From assembly GCA_964491265.1 (NCBI GenBank), contig CAZBFP010000002.1, forward strand, positions 134,288 through 198,287: a DNA stretch of 64,000 nt, written 5' to 3'. Shown here piece after piece: positions 50,051-59,005 of this stretch. The DNA comes from an uncultured Leptospirales bacterium (GTDB lineage: Bacteria > Spirochaetota > UBA4802 > UBA5550). The notes beneath the pieces are model-generated. The model had not been told where the DNA came from, did not search any database, and was given only the letters and a program-made list of their open reading frames with translations. The translations under genes were made by a program, and so were the position numbers. How positions within the stretch are numbered: the first letter of the stretch is position 1; every line of letters begins with the position of its first letter.

Positions 50051-51089
50051 TGGCCTGCTGGCGCCTTATTGCCCTTGGGAGATATATATTAGCTGTTCTA
50101 TTCCCCGGGTCAACCAGTAAAATTCTTTCCATTGTGTTTATACACTCCCTGTAACGGGCAGCTTCATAGTGCCTTATGCCGTCTCTCTCCCATGCTCCAA
50201 TACCTGCAGCCAGTTCCCTTCTGTACTTTCTAAGGTTATTTTCGCATTCTGCAATATATGGTGCGCAGAACTGGAGGTGAGGGATTGCGCGGATATAATT
50301 TTTCAGGCTGATAAAATTATCAGCCTGCTTTTTGTCAGATTCAATTTCTCTGATCCTTTGAAGATTATAGTCCAGGCCCGGATATTCGCTGTCCATCATA
50401 TGAACTTCATTAAAAAGCTTTTTAGCCTCTTCAAAATTTCTGCTTCTGAATGCAGTCTGTGCTTTCTGGTAAAGCTGGAATTTTACTTCAGCTTCAGATT
50501 CCCTGTTAAGATCTCTTGTTGAATCATTATTGTTGAATGTCAAACCCGCACTGATTGTAATCGGCTTGAATAATTCACCTGAAATATCTGTGATCCTGTA
50601 ATCGATGAGGAACAGAAGCCCTACGCCGCTCCCCAGATAGGCCATGTTCCCCAGGTTAATAGATAATCCTGGCTTTAGAGCACTCCCTGTTTCTCCGGTA
50701 TTTGCTGTATTTATGCGTGAATAGAGACCATGCAGATCAATCCCGATAAAGGGGAGGAGCAGCGGGTGCATTCTATATGTTGTAAAGATGCCCCCGGTAA
50801 TATCGTATTGATGCAGGTATGATCCACCTGTTTTAAGCTCATAGTTTGAGTAGGAGATCCCGCCCTTGTAGTATAGCGGGAGAGAGAAGCGATTCTCCCT
50901 GTAGAAAGTGTTGAAAGTTAAACGGGGACCATCTTCCAGATAACCGTTGTAAAATCCGGTGGGTATTGACATACCACCGGTTACTGAATAGGTAAAGCCG
51001 TTGTAGCGGCTGTATTCATTCGAATATGCTGATACTGATGCAATTATCAGCAAAACAGTTATTGACAGGACTATTCCAGTATGATTCAT
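50031..51089 (-). CDS. Secreted protein with N-terminal beta-rich (outer-membrane-like) region and C-terminal helical repeats
   Basis: Signal peptide. Alternating aromatic/Gly beta-strand pattern in the first 200 aa. TPR-like C-terminus. Operonic with the hybrid sensor. Confidence 0.45.
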   Translation of the reverse strand: MNHTGIVLSITVLLIIASVSAYSNEYSRYNGFTYSVTGGMSIPTGFYNGYLEDGPRLTFNTFYRENRFSLPLYYKGGISYSNYELKTGGSYLHQYDITGGIFTTYRMHPLLLPFIGIDLHGLYSRINTANTGETGSALKPGLSINLGNMAYLGSGVGLLFLIDYRITDISGELFKPITISAGLTFNNNDSTRDLNRESEAEVKFQLYQKAQTAFRSRNFEEAKKLFNEVHMMDSEYPGLDYNLQRIREIESDKKQADNFISLKNYIRAIPHLQFCAPYIAECENNLRKYRRELAAGIGAWERDGIRHYEAARYRECINTMERILLVDPGNRTANIYLPRAIRRQQAIEALQR

Positions 51090-51262
51090 CGTATATTCAT
51101 GATTCTCTTTATTTAAACCAGGTATATTTTTACCAGGTTTTTTTTAATGCTGTTAATATACCATTTTGTATCATTTATATATTATCCTTACATAAAGTAA
51201 TTTTTATACTTATTTTTCAATTAAAAAAAGCCTTTCCATATTATTAATTTGCATTTTAATTT

Positions 51263-51355
51263 AATGCTAATTCCTTAACTTTTATTTGAAAAAAATTGCT
51301 TTAATATTGAAAACAGCATTACTGCACTAAAAGATATGTTCGGGAATAATTACTT
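51263..51355 (+). repeat. Promoter-like repeat family 3, copy A (basal form, no hairpin insert)
   Basis: TTAATTCCTTAACTTTT...TTGAAAACAGCATTACTGCACTAAAAGATATG...GGAATAATTACT, 48 bp upstream of the 51403 start codon. It contains a TTGAAA-N17-AAAGAT promoter-like pair. Confidence 0.55.
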
Positions 51356-51402
51356 ATAAAATTAAAGATTATATCAATAAAAATATTGTTGATTGTGAAA
51401 CT

Positions 51403-52857
51403 ATGAATAAAAGACCTTTTCAATCTATTATTATCAGAGCATTCATTATCTGTATACTCTTAAATGCTTTACCTGCAGCAGCAGGGACAGCTGCTGTTTA
51501 CCCGGCCTATACGGGTAATCCGGTATTGGACCATATTCTCAGTTCTGCTGAGTATAAATTAAATGAAATGTTCCATAAATCGGGGCGATATTATCCTGCA
51601 GATTATCACAGTAAAAAAGCCTCCCTTGAAAAAGCCGCTGGTGAAAACAGTGAAATCTTTTATAAAAATGCCGCGCGATTAATTCATGCTGATCTTGCTG
51701 TAATGCTGAGTATCGATTCTCAAAGGGGTGTTTTTGCATTAAAAATGACCTGCATTGCTTTTACATCTGCCGGAGAAAAAACCTTGTTCGATTCACTTAT
51801 TACTTCATCAATACCTGACAATATCCCCCTTAAGGGTGTGCTCCGGTTTTCTCATTTTTTTAATGACCTTAAACTGGAAGCAGAGGTGATCCGCATAGAT
51901 GATACCGGGGGGAGGGTGATTGATGCGGGGCAGTGGAACAGCCTTGAAGCAGGGGAGTATAAAACCTCGGCTGGAATCGTAAATGTAACAGAGCTTTCCA
52001 GGTATAATTCTCTACTTGAAGGATCAGATTTATCTGAAGGGGAGAGTATTATTTTTGATATTTATCCCGATTTGACAGATTATTTCAGGGAAACAGAGAG
52101 GGTGATTAAGCGGAATATTGTAAGGAAATATGGAACAGATGAAGTTCTAAACAGTAAGGAGGGTGCGGCAAAGGAGATGGTATATGGAACCTGCATTATA
52201 AATCCGGGGGCCAACCTTTTTCTCCCCGGATACGGTTCTTTCCTCTCTGTTGAATATATGGGGATAGAAAAAAGTACCCCGGATCGTACAGGGATGATCA
52301 TTGCCACAGCTATTATTGCAGGACACTTTATGCTCCCCGGCATGTTGACCGGTTTTAAAACAAATTTTTTCCCCTGGGTTAAAGACAGCGATAAAACTTC
52401 AGAAATGCAGAGGCTTCATATTTTTCTCTGGGCATCACTCCCTCTTACCTACTCGGCATCATTCTACAATCAGCTTGCATGGCAGTATCACAGCAAAGAT
52501 CTCCTCCCACCGCTTTTTATTGATAGTGATAATACAGCAGCTGTGATATCACTTTTTGTTCCAGGGGGCGGGCTTTTTTATAAAGGGCAGAGAGGGGCGG
52601 GTTTTGCTTTCTATGCTGCGGAAATGTCACTCCTCGGTTACGGGATATATACCGGTGAGAGTGAAAAACGCAGGGCTGCTTTTATCGGATTGGCAGCAGT
52701 AAAGGTTATTGATATTGCTGCCGCATATTTTGTTCCACCAGGTTACAGGGTCTTCAGGGATGAAATTTCCGGTTCCGCGCCATCATTCTCCATGGGGATA
52801 CTCCCCGGAATTGAAGGTGACGGGGAATTTACATTTTCAGTTACACAATCTTTCTAA
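51403..52857 (+). CDS. Hypothetical secreted/membrane protein
   Basis: Signal peptide and C-terminal hydrophobic segments. 484 aa, no known domain. Confidence 0.45.
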   Translation: MNKRPFQSIIIRAFIICILLNALPAAAGTAAVYPAYTGNPVLDHILSSAEYKLNEMFHKSGRYYPADYHSKKASLEKAAGENSEIFYKNAARLIHADLAVMLSIDSQRGVFALKMTCIAFTSAGEKTLFDSLITSSIPDNIPLKGVLRFSHFFNDLKLEAEVIRIDDTGGRVIDAGQWNSLEAGEYKTSAGIVNVTELSRYNSLLEGSDLSEGESIIFDIYPDLTDYFRETERVIKRNIVRKYGTDEVLNSKEGAAKEMVYGTCIINPGANLFLPGYGSFLSVEYMGIEKSTPDRTGMIIATAIIAGHFMLPGMLTGFKTNFFPWVKDSDKTSEMQRLHIFLWASLPLTYSASFYNQLAWQYHSKDLLPPLFIDSDNTAAVISLFVPGGGLFYKGQRGAGFAFYAAEMSLLGYGIYTGESEKRRAAFIGLAAVKVIDIAAAYFVPPGYRVFRDEISGSAPSFSMGILPGIEGDGEFTFSVTQSF

Positions 52858-52935
52858 CTTTTTTTTTATTAATACAGGAATGGCGGGGAAAATGATAATA
52901 TAAATTCTTCGTCACCCGACATTATCATCATATAT

Positions 52936-53321
52936 TGTCATTCCTGCGAATGCAGGAATCTTATACTATAGTTTTATATAAATCATCCCATTCAGGATTC
53001 ATTTCATTTATCACATTGTCTTTGAAGTCCCTTTTCCATTTTTTCATCTGCTTTTCTTTTATAATTGCACTTTCAATATTTTGAGTTTCAATAAACCAGA
53101 CAAGTTTACTGCAATTATATTTTGAACTAAAACCCTCAATTAGCTTATTTTTATGTTCATATACACGTCTTAAAAGATTATTGGTTATACCAATGTAAAG
53201 CACTGTGTTATACTTATTTGTCATTATATAAACATAGTATTTATTCATTAGATAATATCAATTCCATAGAATTTGATTTATGAGATTCCGGCACTTCGTA
53301 TTCACTTCGGCCGGAATGACA
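52936..53321. mobile_element. Family-2 palindromic element carrying a GIY-YIG nuclease gene in its loop (putative autonomous copy)
   Basis: The 5' end TGTCATTCCTGCGAATGCAGGAATCTTATAC and 3' end ATGAGATTCCGGCACTTCGTATTCACTTCGGCCGGAATGACA are collinear with the 87-bp copies at 33793 and 63351. The 288-bp ORF replaces the central loop. Confidence 0.7.
52961..53248 (-). CDS. Small GIY-YIG nuclease family protein (UPF0213/YhbQ-like)
   Basis: 95 aa. YYVYIMTNKYNTVLYIGITNNLLRRVYEH is the GIY-YIG motif block. Confidence 0.75.
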   Translation of the reverse strand: MNKYYVYIMTNKYNTVLYIGITNNLLRRVYEHKNKLIEGFSSKYNCSKLVWFIETQNIESAIIKEKQMKKWKRDFKDNVINEMNPEWDDLYKTIV

Positions 53322-53326
53322 GGACA

Positions 53327-54430
53327 TTACACAATCTTTTTAACTTTTTTTCTTGAGAAAAAGAAGAAGGCTAAAAATAAAACATAAGAGGCGATTGCCG
53401 GTATTACTGCAGCAGGGTAGAATTTCGCAATTGGCGCAAGAAGGAGTATAACAAACCAGTGATAGTAGATCGCCTTACCTGTGTTAAGTGCAATAGGGAA
53501 ATCGTTCCATCTTATTATCACCATCATACCTGTAAGATTCCAGCCGTATAACGAATAAAAGGCGTGCATCCTTAATATTACCTTCCCGTAGTATTCATAA
53601 AAAGCGAATTTAGTAAGTACAATATATATTATTCCAGTGACCGCTGAGATTAAAAGAAAGTACATCCCTGATACAAGGAAATGCTTCTGCTGTATACGTG
53701 TGCCGAATCTGAAAAAAAAGAAGAATATAAGTAATACAGTGATGAAGAGGAGTGCGGATATTATGACTTCGCCGATAAAAACTTGAAAAATAATAAAAAG
53801 AAAGAATACTATAACACCTCCGCATATGAGCCAGAAAAAGATATGCTCTGCAATATATATAAGGGAGGATTTCTTCTCTTCAATTATTCCGAAAATTATA
53901 GACATGGTGATGAGTGATACAGGGAACGAAAAACCGAGAAAAAAGACATTTAACGTAAGTTTTTCGAAATGGAAAAGGTTAAAGTGTACTTCGTTTAATA
54001 TAACAAAGGATGATAGGAGCAGGGCGATTGAGAGACAGAGGAGCGAGGCCTGATGAAATTTTTCTGAAGCGCTCCATTTTGCCCTGAAAAAACTGTAAGG
54101 GAAAAATGGAAATTTTTTAATACGGTACGATTCCACAATAAATGCAAGCACTACAGCAATAGCTGCTGCAGGGTAGTAAATTTCAAAAAATGCCAGCATG
54201 GCGTATATAATGCTCAGGAAAAAGAATATTAATGTTTTAAACGACGGTACGCTTCTCCCCTCAGTAAGATAAAGGATTGTAAATCCGCCGCTTGTAAGGT
54301 TGAAAAGGAATATATGGAGCCTTTCAAAGTTTTTATCCATATATATGTCCAGGTATCCAAACATGAATGCCAGGGACATTGTGGTAAAAAGCAGGTATCT
54401 TGAAAGGTATCTTATATTCATTGTAAATAT
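53327..54430 (-). CDS. Polytopic membrane protein, unknown function
   Basis: About 10 TM segments. The ORF-track start at 54505 (MPPLGDRGK) is a read-through of the MITE inverted repeat. The likely start is MIFTMNIRY at about 54430. Confidence 0.5.
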   Translation of the reverse strand: MFTMNIRYLSRYLLFTTMSLAFMFGYLDIYMDKNFERLHIFLFNLTSGGFTILYLTEGRSVPSFKTLIFFFLSIIYAMLAFFEIYYPAAAIAVVLAFIVESYRIKKFPFFPYSFFRAKWSASEKFHQASLLCLSIALLLSSFVILNEVHFNLFHFEKLTLNVFFLGFSFPVSLITMSIIFGIIEEKKSSLIYIAEHIFFWLICGGVIVFFLFIIFQVFIGEVIISALLFITVLLIFFFFFRFGTRIQQKHFLVSGMYFLLISAVTGIIYIVLTKFAFYEYYGKVILRMHAFYSLYGWNLTGMMVIIRWNDFPIALNTGKAIYYHWFVILLLAPIAKFYPAAVIPAIASYVLFLAFFFFSRKKVKKIV

Positions 54431-54480
54431 CATTCTTTCCGGATTATCGGGGGATAAAAGCAGATCTTTACAAATCCTTT

Positions 54481-54683
54481 TCCCCCTGTCCCCCAAAGGG
54501 GGCACGAGTTAATATATTTTTACTCTGATAATTTAATTTTTTATCATTCCTATAACAACTTCAATATTGTTTAATACATCTTCATCTTTAATATGTAATA
54601 TTTGGATTCTAATACTTTGAGAAAATTCATCTACTTACACAAGTATTCTTTTTACCTGCCCCCTTTGGGGGACAGGGGGCAGA
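54481..54683. mobile_element. MITE-like element, family 1 (about 203 bp)
   Basis: TIRs TCCCCCTGTCCCCCAAAGGGGGCACGAG (left) and CTGCCCCCTTTGGGGGACAGGGGGCAG (right). The core is similar to the 56622-56819 copy. Confidence 0.65.
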
Positions 54684-54703
54684 CTCCGGAAAATTCAGGA
54701 GCA

Positions 54704-54915
54704 ATTAATGGCGTTCCTGCAAAAAGTAACTTATTTTGCCACAGAGGCTCAGAGACACAGAGAAAGATGAACTAATTATACAGATATATGAAATCGTACA
54801 TAAATATATTTACAATTTTTTGCAAATATGTATTATTGATTACTAATTTCTATAAAATTCCGTACCTCTGTGACTCTGTGTCTCTGTGGCAGACTTTTTG
54901 CAGTAGCGCCATTAA
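54704..54915. mobile_element. IR-flanked AT-rich element (about 210 bp), distinct family
   Basis: Left arm ATTAATGGCGTTCCTGCAAAAAGT...CCACAGAGGCTCAGAGACACAGAG and right arm CCTCTGTGACTCTGTGTCTCTGTGGCAGACTTTTTGCAGTAGCGCCATTAAT are imperfect inverted repeats of about 50 bp around a 100-bp AT-rich core. Confidence 0.5.
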
Positions 54916-54955
54916 TATCAATATATCCTCAAACATTCATTGAAAATCCATTATA

Positions 54956-56368
54956 TTATTCTTTAAGAAAAGCCCGGTACAGCAGATATGAGGCGTAAAT
55001 ATCCGCTTTGGAAGTCACTTCACATATTGAGTGCATGCCGAGAAGCGAGGGTCCCGCATCCACACAGTCCATGCCGTATCTTGAAAGGAGCATGGCAATT
55101 GTTCCTCCACCCCCTATATCAATCTTACCCATCTCCCCTGTCTGCCAGGGAATGCTGTTTCTGTCAGCCAGATTTCTCATGTACTGCATGTATTCAGCAT
55201 GGGCGTCATTTGTTGAATACTTTCCTCCGCCGCCGCCGTATTTTTCTATGGAAACCCCTTTACCCAGATAGGAAACATTCTGGGGATCATTGACTGATGA
55301 AAAAGTAGGATCCATGGCCCCTGTAACATCAGCTGAAATTGATTTCGATTTCTCCAGAATTTCCCAGGGGGACTGTTTCAGTGAAGCCAGGTTTCTGTAT
55401 TTATCCGTAAAGTTCATTAAGGCAAAGCTGTCTGCTCCTGTGTCTCCGTATGAGCCGGTCTCCTCTTTATCTGTGAAAAAAACCGTTGCAGTGTGAGCCG
55501 GATTTTTTATCTCTATTATTGCCATAAGCGATGCAAAGGCGCATACCCTGTCATCCTGCCCATAGGCGCCCACAAGCCCCCTGTCAAAACCGATGTCAAC
55601 CGGCTTCTGTGCAGGAACAAACTCAATTTCAGCACAGATGAAATCCTCTTCAATGAGTGAGTATTTTTCATTAAGATATTTCATCACATTAAGCTTCACC
55701 CGGTCTTTAATCTCCTTATCTTTAACAGGTATGTGGCCGCATATAATATTCAGGTCTTCACCCTCAATGATTTTCCCCGCCTCTTTTTTCATTTGTTCTT
55801 TGGCAAGATGGGGGAGCAGGTCAGGTATAATAAACTTCGGGTCATCATCTTTGTCACCGATATGTATTTCCAGGTATTCACCCTTTTTTGTGAATGCCAC
55901 ACCATGCATTTCAAGCGGGGTGTTTACCCAGTGGAATTTTTTAATGCCGCCATAGTAGTGAGACTGGAACAGGGCCACCTCAGCATTCTGGTAAAGAGGG
56001 CCCGGTTTAAGGTCAAGCCTTGGGGAGTCCACATGAGAGCCTACAAGGCGGAATACTTCAGGATTATTCCCCATAACTGATGCGATTATGTTTTTCCCTT
56101 TAAAGTTTTTAAAAACCCTGTCCCCTTTTTTTAATGATTTTACATCTTCAATATTTTTAAAACCCTCTTTCTCAAGAATTTCCTGAATATTTTTTATACA
56201 GAGCCTTTCGGTTTTAGATTTTGCCATGAACTCCTTATATTTTTCACCAAAGTCCATAATTGCTTTGAATTCTTTATCTTCAAGATCGAGCCACATGCTC
56301 TCTTTTTTATAGAAGAGCTTCTCTTCCAGCTTCTTATTTTTTGATTTTTTTTCTGTCTTTTTAACCAC
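54956..56368 (-). CDS. M18-family aminopeptidase
   Basis: 470 aa. GSHVDSPRLDLKPGP motif, size and layout of the M18 family. Confidence 0.7.
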   Translation of the reverse strand: MVKKTEKKSKNKKLEEKLFYKKESMWLDLEDKEFKAIMDFGEKYKEFMAKSKTERLCIKNIQEILEKEGFKNIEDVKSLKKGDRVFKNFKGKNIIASVMGNNPEVFRLVGSHVDSPRLDLKPGPLYQNAEVALFQSHYYGGIKKFHWVNTPLEMHGVAFTKKGEYLEIHIGDKDDDPKFIIPDLLPHLAKEQMKKEAGKIIEGEDLNIICGHIPVKDKEIKDRVKLNVMKYLNEKYSLIEEDFICAEIEFVPAQKPVDIGFDRGLVGAYGQDDRVCAFASLMAIIEIKNPAHTATVFFTDKEETGSYGDTGADSFALMNFTDKYRNLASLKQSPWEILEKSKSISADVTGAMDPTFSSVNDPQNVSYLGKGVSIEKYGGGGGKYSTNDAHAEYMQYMRNLADRNSIPWQTGEMGKIDIGGGGTIAMLLSRYGMDCVDAGPSLLGMHSICEVTSKADIYASYLLYRAFLKE

Positions 56369-56402
56369 GTTAATGCCCCTTGAAATCTTTTATTGAGTAA
56401 AA

Positions 56403-56524
56403 GCAGTGTTAATTCCTTAACTTTTTTTTGAAATAAAATGCTCACATATCCCCGCCGCCGAAGGCGGCGGGGATATGGAAAACATCATTATTGCACTAAA
56501 AAATATCTTTAGGAATAATTACTG
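56403..56524 (+). repeat. Promoter-like repeat family 3, copy B, with GC mini-hairpin insertion
   Basis: Same ends as copy A (GTGTTAATTCCTTAACTTTT...AGGAATAATTACTG), with ATATCCCCGCCGCCGAAGGCGGCGGGGATAT (56447-56477) inserted. Confidence 0.55.
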
Positions 56525-56621
56525 GAGTAAAAGTATAATTCATTGCCGGTGAAGGCAATCAAATTTTTTTGAGCCATGAACCTTATTGCAGCATCTACCC
56601 CGGGGTTAATTTCTTCGCTTT

Positions 56622-56819
56622 TCCCCCTGTCTACCAAAGGGGGCACGATTTATCTATTATCACTCTGAAAATATAATTGTTACTTCTTCGATAACTATTC
56701 CTTTTATATTGTTCCGCCAATCTTTTACAAACTCAACAATATAAAGGATTTTTTAATACTTTGATTCATCAACTTGCTCAAGTTTTTATTTTACGTGCCC
56801 CCTTTGGGGGACAGGGGGC
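56622..56819. mobile_element. MITE-like element, family 1 (about 198 bp)
   Basis: TIRs TCCCCCTGTCTACCAAAGGGGGCACGA (left) and CGTGCCCCCTTTGGGGGACAGGGGGC (right). Core similar to the other two copies. Confidence 0.65.
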
Positions 56820-57085
56820 CAATACACCGATTACAGAAAGTTACTAAATTATTTTTTACGAAATATCAACTATCGTATTGGATGATTTTGCCTTTTAGAT
56901 AGAAATGAGTGGGGGCATACTAATCATTATTGCATCCCCCCCATAATATTATGCTTCAGAAAGGGTATGGTTCAGGCCGATTTGTAATCAATAGACCTTT
57001 TCTATATTTATATATATTGCAGCAGAGCGTTAGAATTTAAGTGAGATCCGATTTTCTTATCTGTGCTGCCATGGGTGATTGAAGA

Positions 57086-57961
57086 ATGAGGCTTACAGTT
57101 CCGGATATGTTCCGCGATCCCTACACATTTGAAGGGATAATATCAAAATATGAAGAGATTCTTCATGATGTCTCCGAAATTGATATGTCCAGGGTAAGCT
57201 TTATTGAACCTTATTCCATGGTTTCATTTCTCCTTATGGGGAGAAGCTGTTTCAGAAAGCGGGGCGAGAAGATAAAGCTTATTAATCTCCCCATACACAT
57301 ACATCAGTATCTGGCAAGGATGGATTTTTTTAAAACAGAGGTTTTTTCTGTGCCCGGTATTCTTGATGAGGGCCTTGTTTTAAAGAGGAGCAGTGAAAGC
57401 AGCAGGCTTATAGAGATAACCGAAATTCCTAATAAGGAGAGACAGGGCGCGAATGTTATTTCCTCTGTTATTGCCCGGTTCAGGAAAAGAGGATCTATGA
57501 TCCTTAAATACTGGATGGACGATACTGTTACCGATTACTTTGTTACAGTTATATCTGAGCTGTGTCAGAATATATTTGAACATAGTCTTGATACAGGGTT
57601 TGTTTCCATGCAGACTTACCGAAGCGGTAAGGAGAATGTTGTGAGGCTGGTAATTTCCGATTCAGGTGTGGGGATCCATGGCAGTTTTGAAGCAGGGAGA
57701 GGGATTGATTATAAGTCGCCGGCGGATCTTATTGAAAAGGCCCTTACCCTGCCGGTTTCCAGTAAAAGGGATTTCGGTTACGGATTATGTCAGGTTAATT
57801 CAATTGTAGAAAAGCTTAAAGGGACAATTCTTCTAAGGTCCAATGACGCGTCAGTTGCAGCCCTTTATAATAAAAAGGGGGGCTCATCAAAGCATATGTT
57901 TCAGAGAGATGGACTCCCCCCTTTTCAAGGGACACAGATTACTATTTCATTAACAGCATAG
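57086..57961 (+). CDS. STAS-like N-domain fused to GHKL (histidine-kinase-like / RsbW-type) ATPase
   Basis: The N-terminus IDMSRVSFIEPYSMVSFLL...KIKLINLPIHIHQYLARMDFF follows the SpoIIAA/STAS pattern. The C-terminus has the N-box ELCQNIFEH, G1 box DSGVG and G2 box GYGL. Confidence 0.6.
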   Translation: MRLTVPDMFRDPYTFEGIISKYEEILHDVSEIDMSRVSFIEPYSMVSFLLMGRSCFRKRGEKIKLINLPIHIHQYLARMDFFKTEVFSVPGILDEGLVLKRSSESSRLIEITEIPNKERQGANVISSVIARFRKRGSMILKYWMDDTVTDYFVTVISELCQNIFEHSLDTGFVSMQTYRSGKENVVRLVISDSGVGIHGSFEAGRGIDYKSPADLIEKALTLPVSSKRDFGYGLCQVNSIVEKLKGTILLRSNDASVAALYNKKGGSSKHMFQRDGLPPFQGTQITISLTA

Positions 57962-57970
57962 GGCATAATT

Positions 57971-58513
57971 ATGGTTATAAATGTTTTTAAATCTGCAAAG
58001 GATGCAAAGGTAAAAGTGCCCGATCTCATAACAAGACCTGTGGGGCGCCTGATGTTTACCAGGGCTATTGAGAAGCTGGGAGATATTTCTGAAGAGGAGA
58101 TTCTTCTTATCGATTTTGCCGGAATTAAGGTAACAGATTCATCCTTTATTGATGAATTTATTGTTAAGCTTATTAAGCATTCAGCAGAAAAGAATTATTA
58201 TGTTAAATTGACTAATATATCTGATATTTCTGAAATTAATATTGACTCAGTCTTTAATTCATATTCTAATTATAATGATTCAAGAATTGCTGTAAGCAGG
58301 GCTGAGCTGGGTAGAAATAACAGGTATTATATCGGTCCTCTCAATGAGCATGAGAGTGATATTATTGATTACTTCAGGATAAACCGTTCAGCCAGCTTTG
58401 AGGATATTTCCAGATTTACAGGGCTGGATATACCTGTAGTAAAAACAATAATGGAAGAGCTTCTCAAATTAAGACTTGTTAGAAAGAATAAAGATGACTT
58501 TACATCGGTATAA
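57971..58513 (+). CDS. DUF4325 (STAS-like) domain protein with C-terminal winged-helix
   Basis: LLIDFAGIKVTDSSFIDEFIVKLI matches the DUF4325 core. The C-terminal IIDYFRINRSASFEDISRFTGLDIPVVKTIMEELLKLRLV is wHTH-like. Confidence 0.5.
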   Translation: MVINVFKSAKDAKVKVPDLITRPVGRLMFTRAIEKLGDISEEEILLIDFAGIKVTDSSFIDEFIVKLIKHSAEKNYYVKLTNISDISEINIDSVFNSYSNYNDSRIAVSRAELGRNNRYYIGPLNEHESDIIDYFRINRSASFEDISRFTGLDIPVVKTIMEELLKLRLVRKNKDDFTSV

Positions 58514-58534
58514 TAAAAAATTATAAGAGCTGAT

Positions 58535-59005
58535 ATGCCTCCAAGAAAAAAGAAAGAGTATGTAAAAAAGGATGATAGTCTCTTTGGTCTTCTTGTTTCA
58601 TATAAGGCTAATAATACCTATATAAAGGTTATGTCAGATGAGGAGAGCCAGACAGCGGCTGTTGTGATCAGCAGAAGCCCTGTTAACTGGTCAAAATTTG
58701 AGGATGCTGAGTATGGGGCCTATCGGCCCATGAGAAGACTCGATCTCGGGGTGGAGAGGCTTTTTGTCAAGTACCTGCTTCCGGAGCAGCTGATAAAAAT
58801 TCTCGGCCCGGCAATAGGTATTTCTCTCCCTGCCAACAGGATCGAAATTGATGACAGGCTTAATGACAGAGGGTACTATGTGATTAAGACCGGGAGCCGC
58901 TATCTTGTGAGAGTAATAAGCGGTGTAAAAAAAATTATAAATCTTACGCCTCAAAAGAAGTATGAGATTCTGGAAAAATGCATTGCTGAAGAACAGGAAA
59001 ATTAG
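58535..59005 (+). CDS. Hypothetical protein (156 aa)
   Basis: Intact ORF, 21-bp gap from the preceding gene. No recognisable domain. Confidence 0.4.
   Translation: MPPRKKKEYVKKDDSLFGLLVSYKANNTYIKVMSDEESQTAAVVISRSPVNWSKFEDAEYGAYRPMRRLDLGVERLFVKYLLPEQLIKILGPAIGISLPANRIEIDDRLNDRGYYVIKTGSRYLVRVISGVKKIINLTPQKKYEILEKCIAEEQEN

Noticed and set aside
54431-54505. ORF-track N-terminus MPPLGDRGKRICKDL of the 53327-54505 gene
   Set aside because: These codons are the reverse complement of the MITE terminal inverted repeat (CCCCCTTTGGGGGCAT). The start was moved to the internal Met near 54430.
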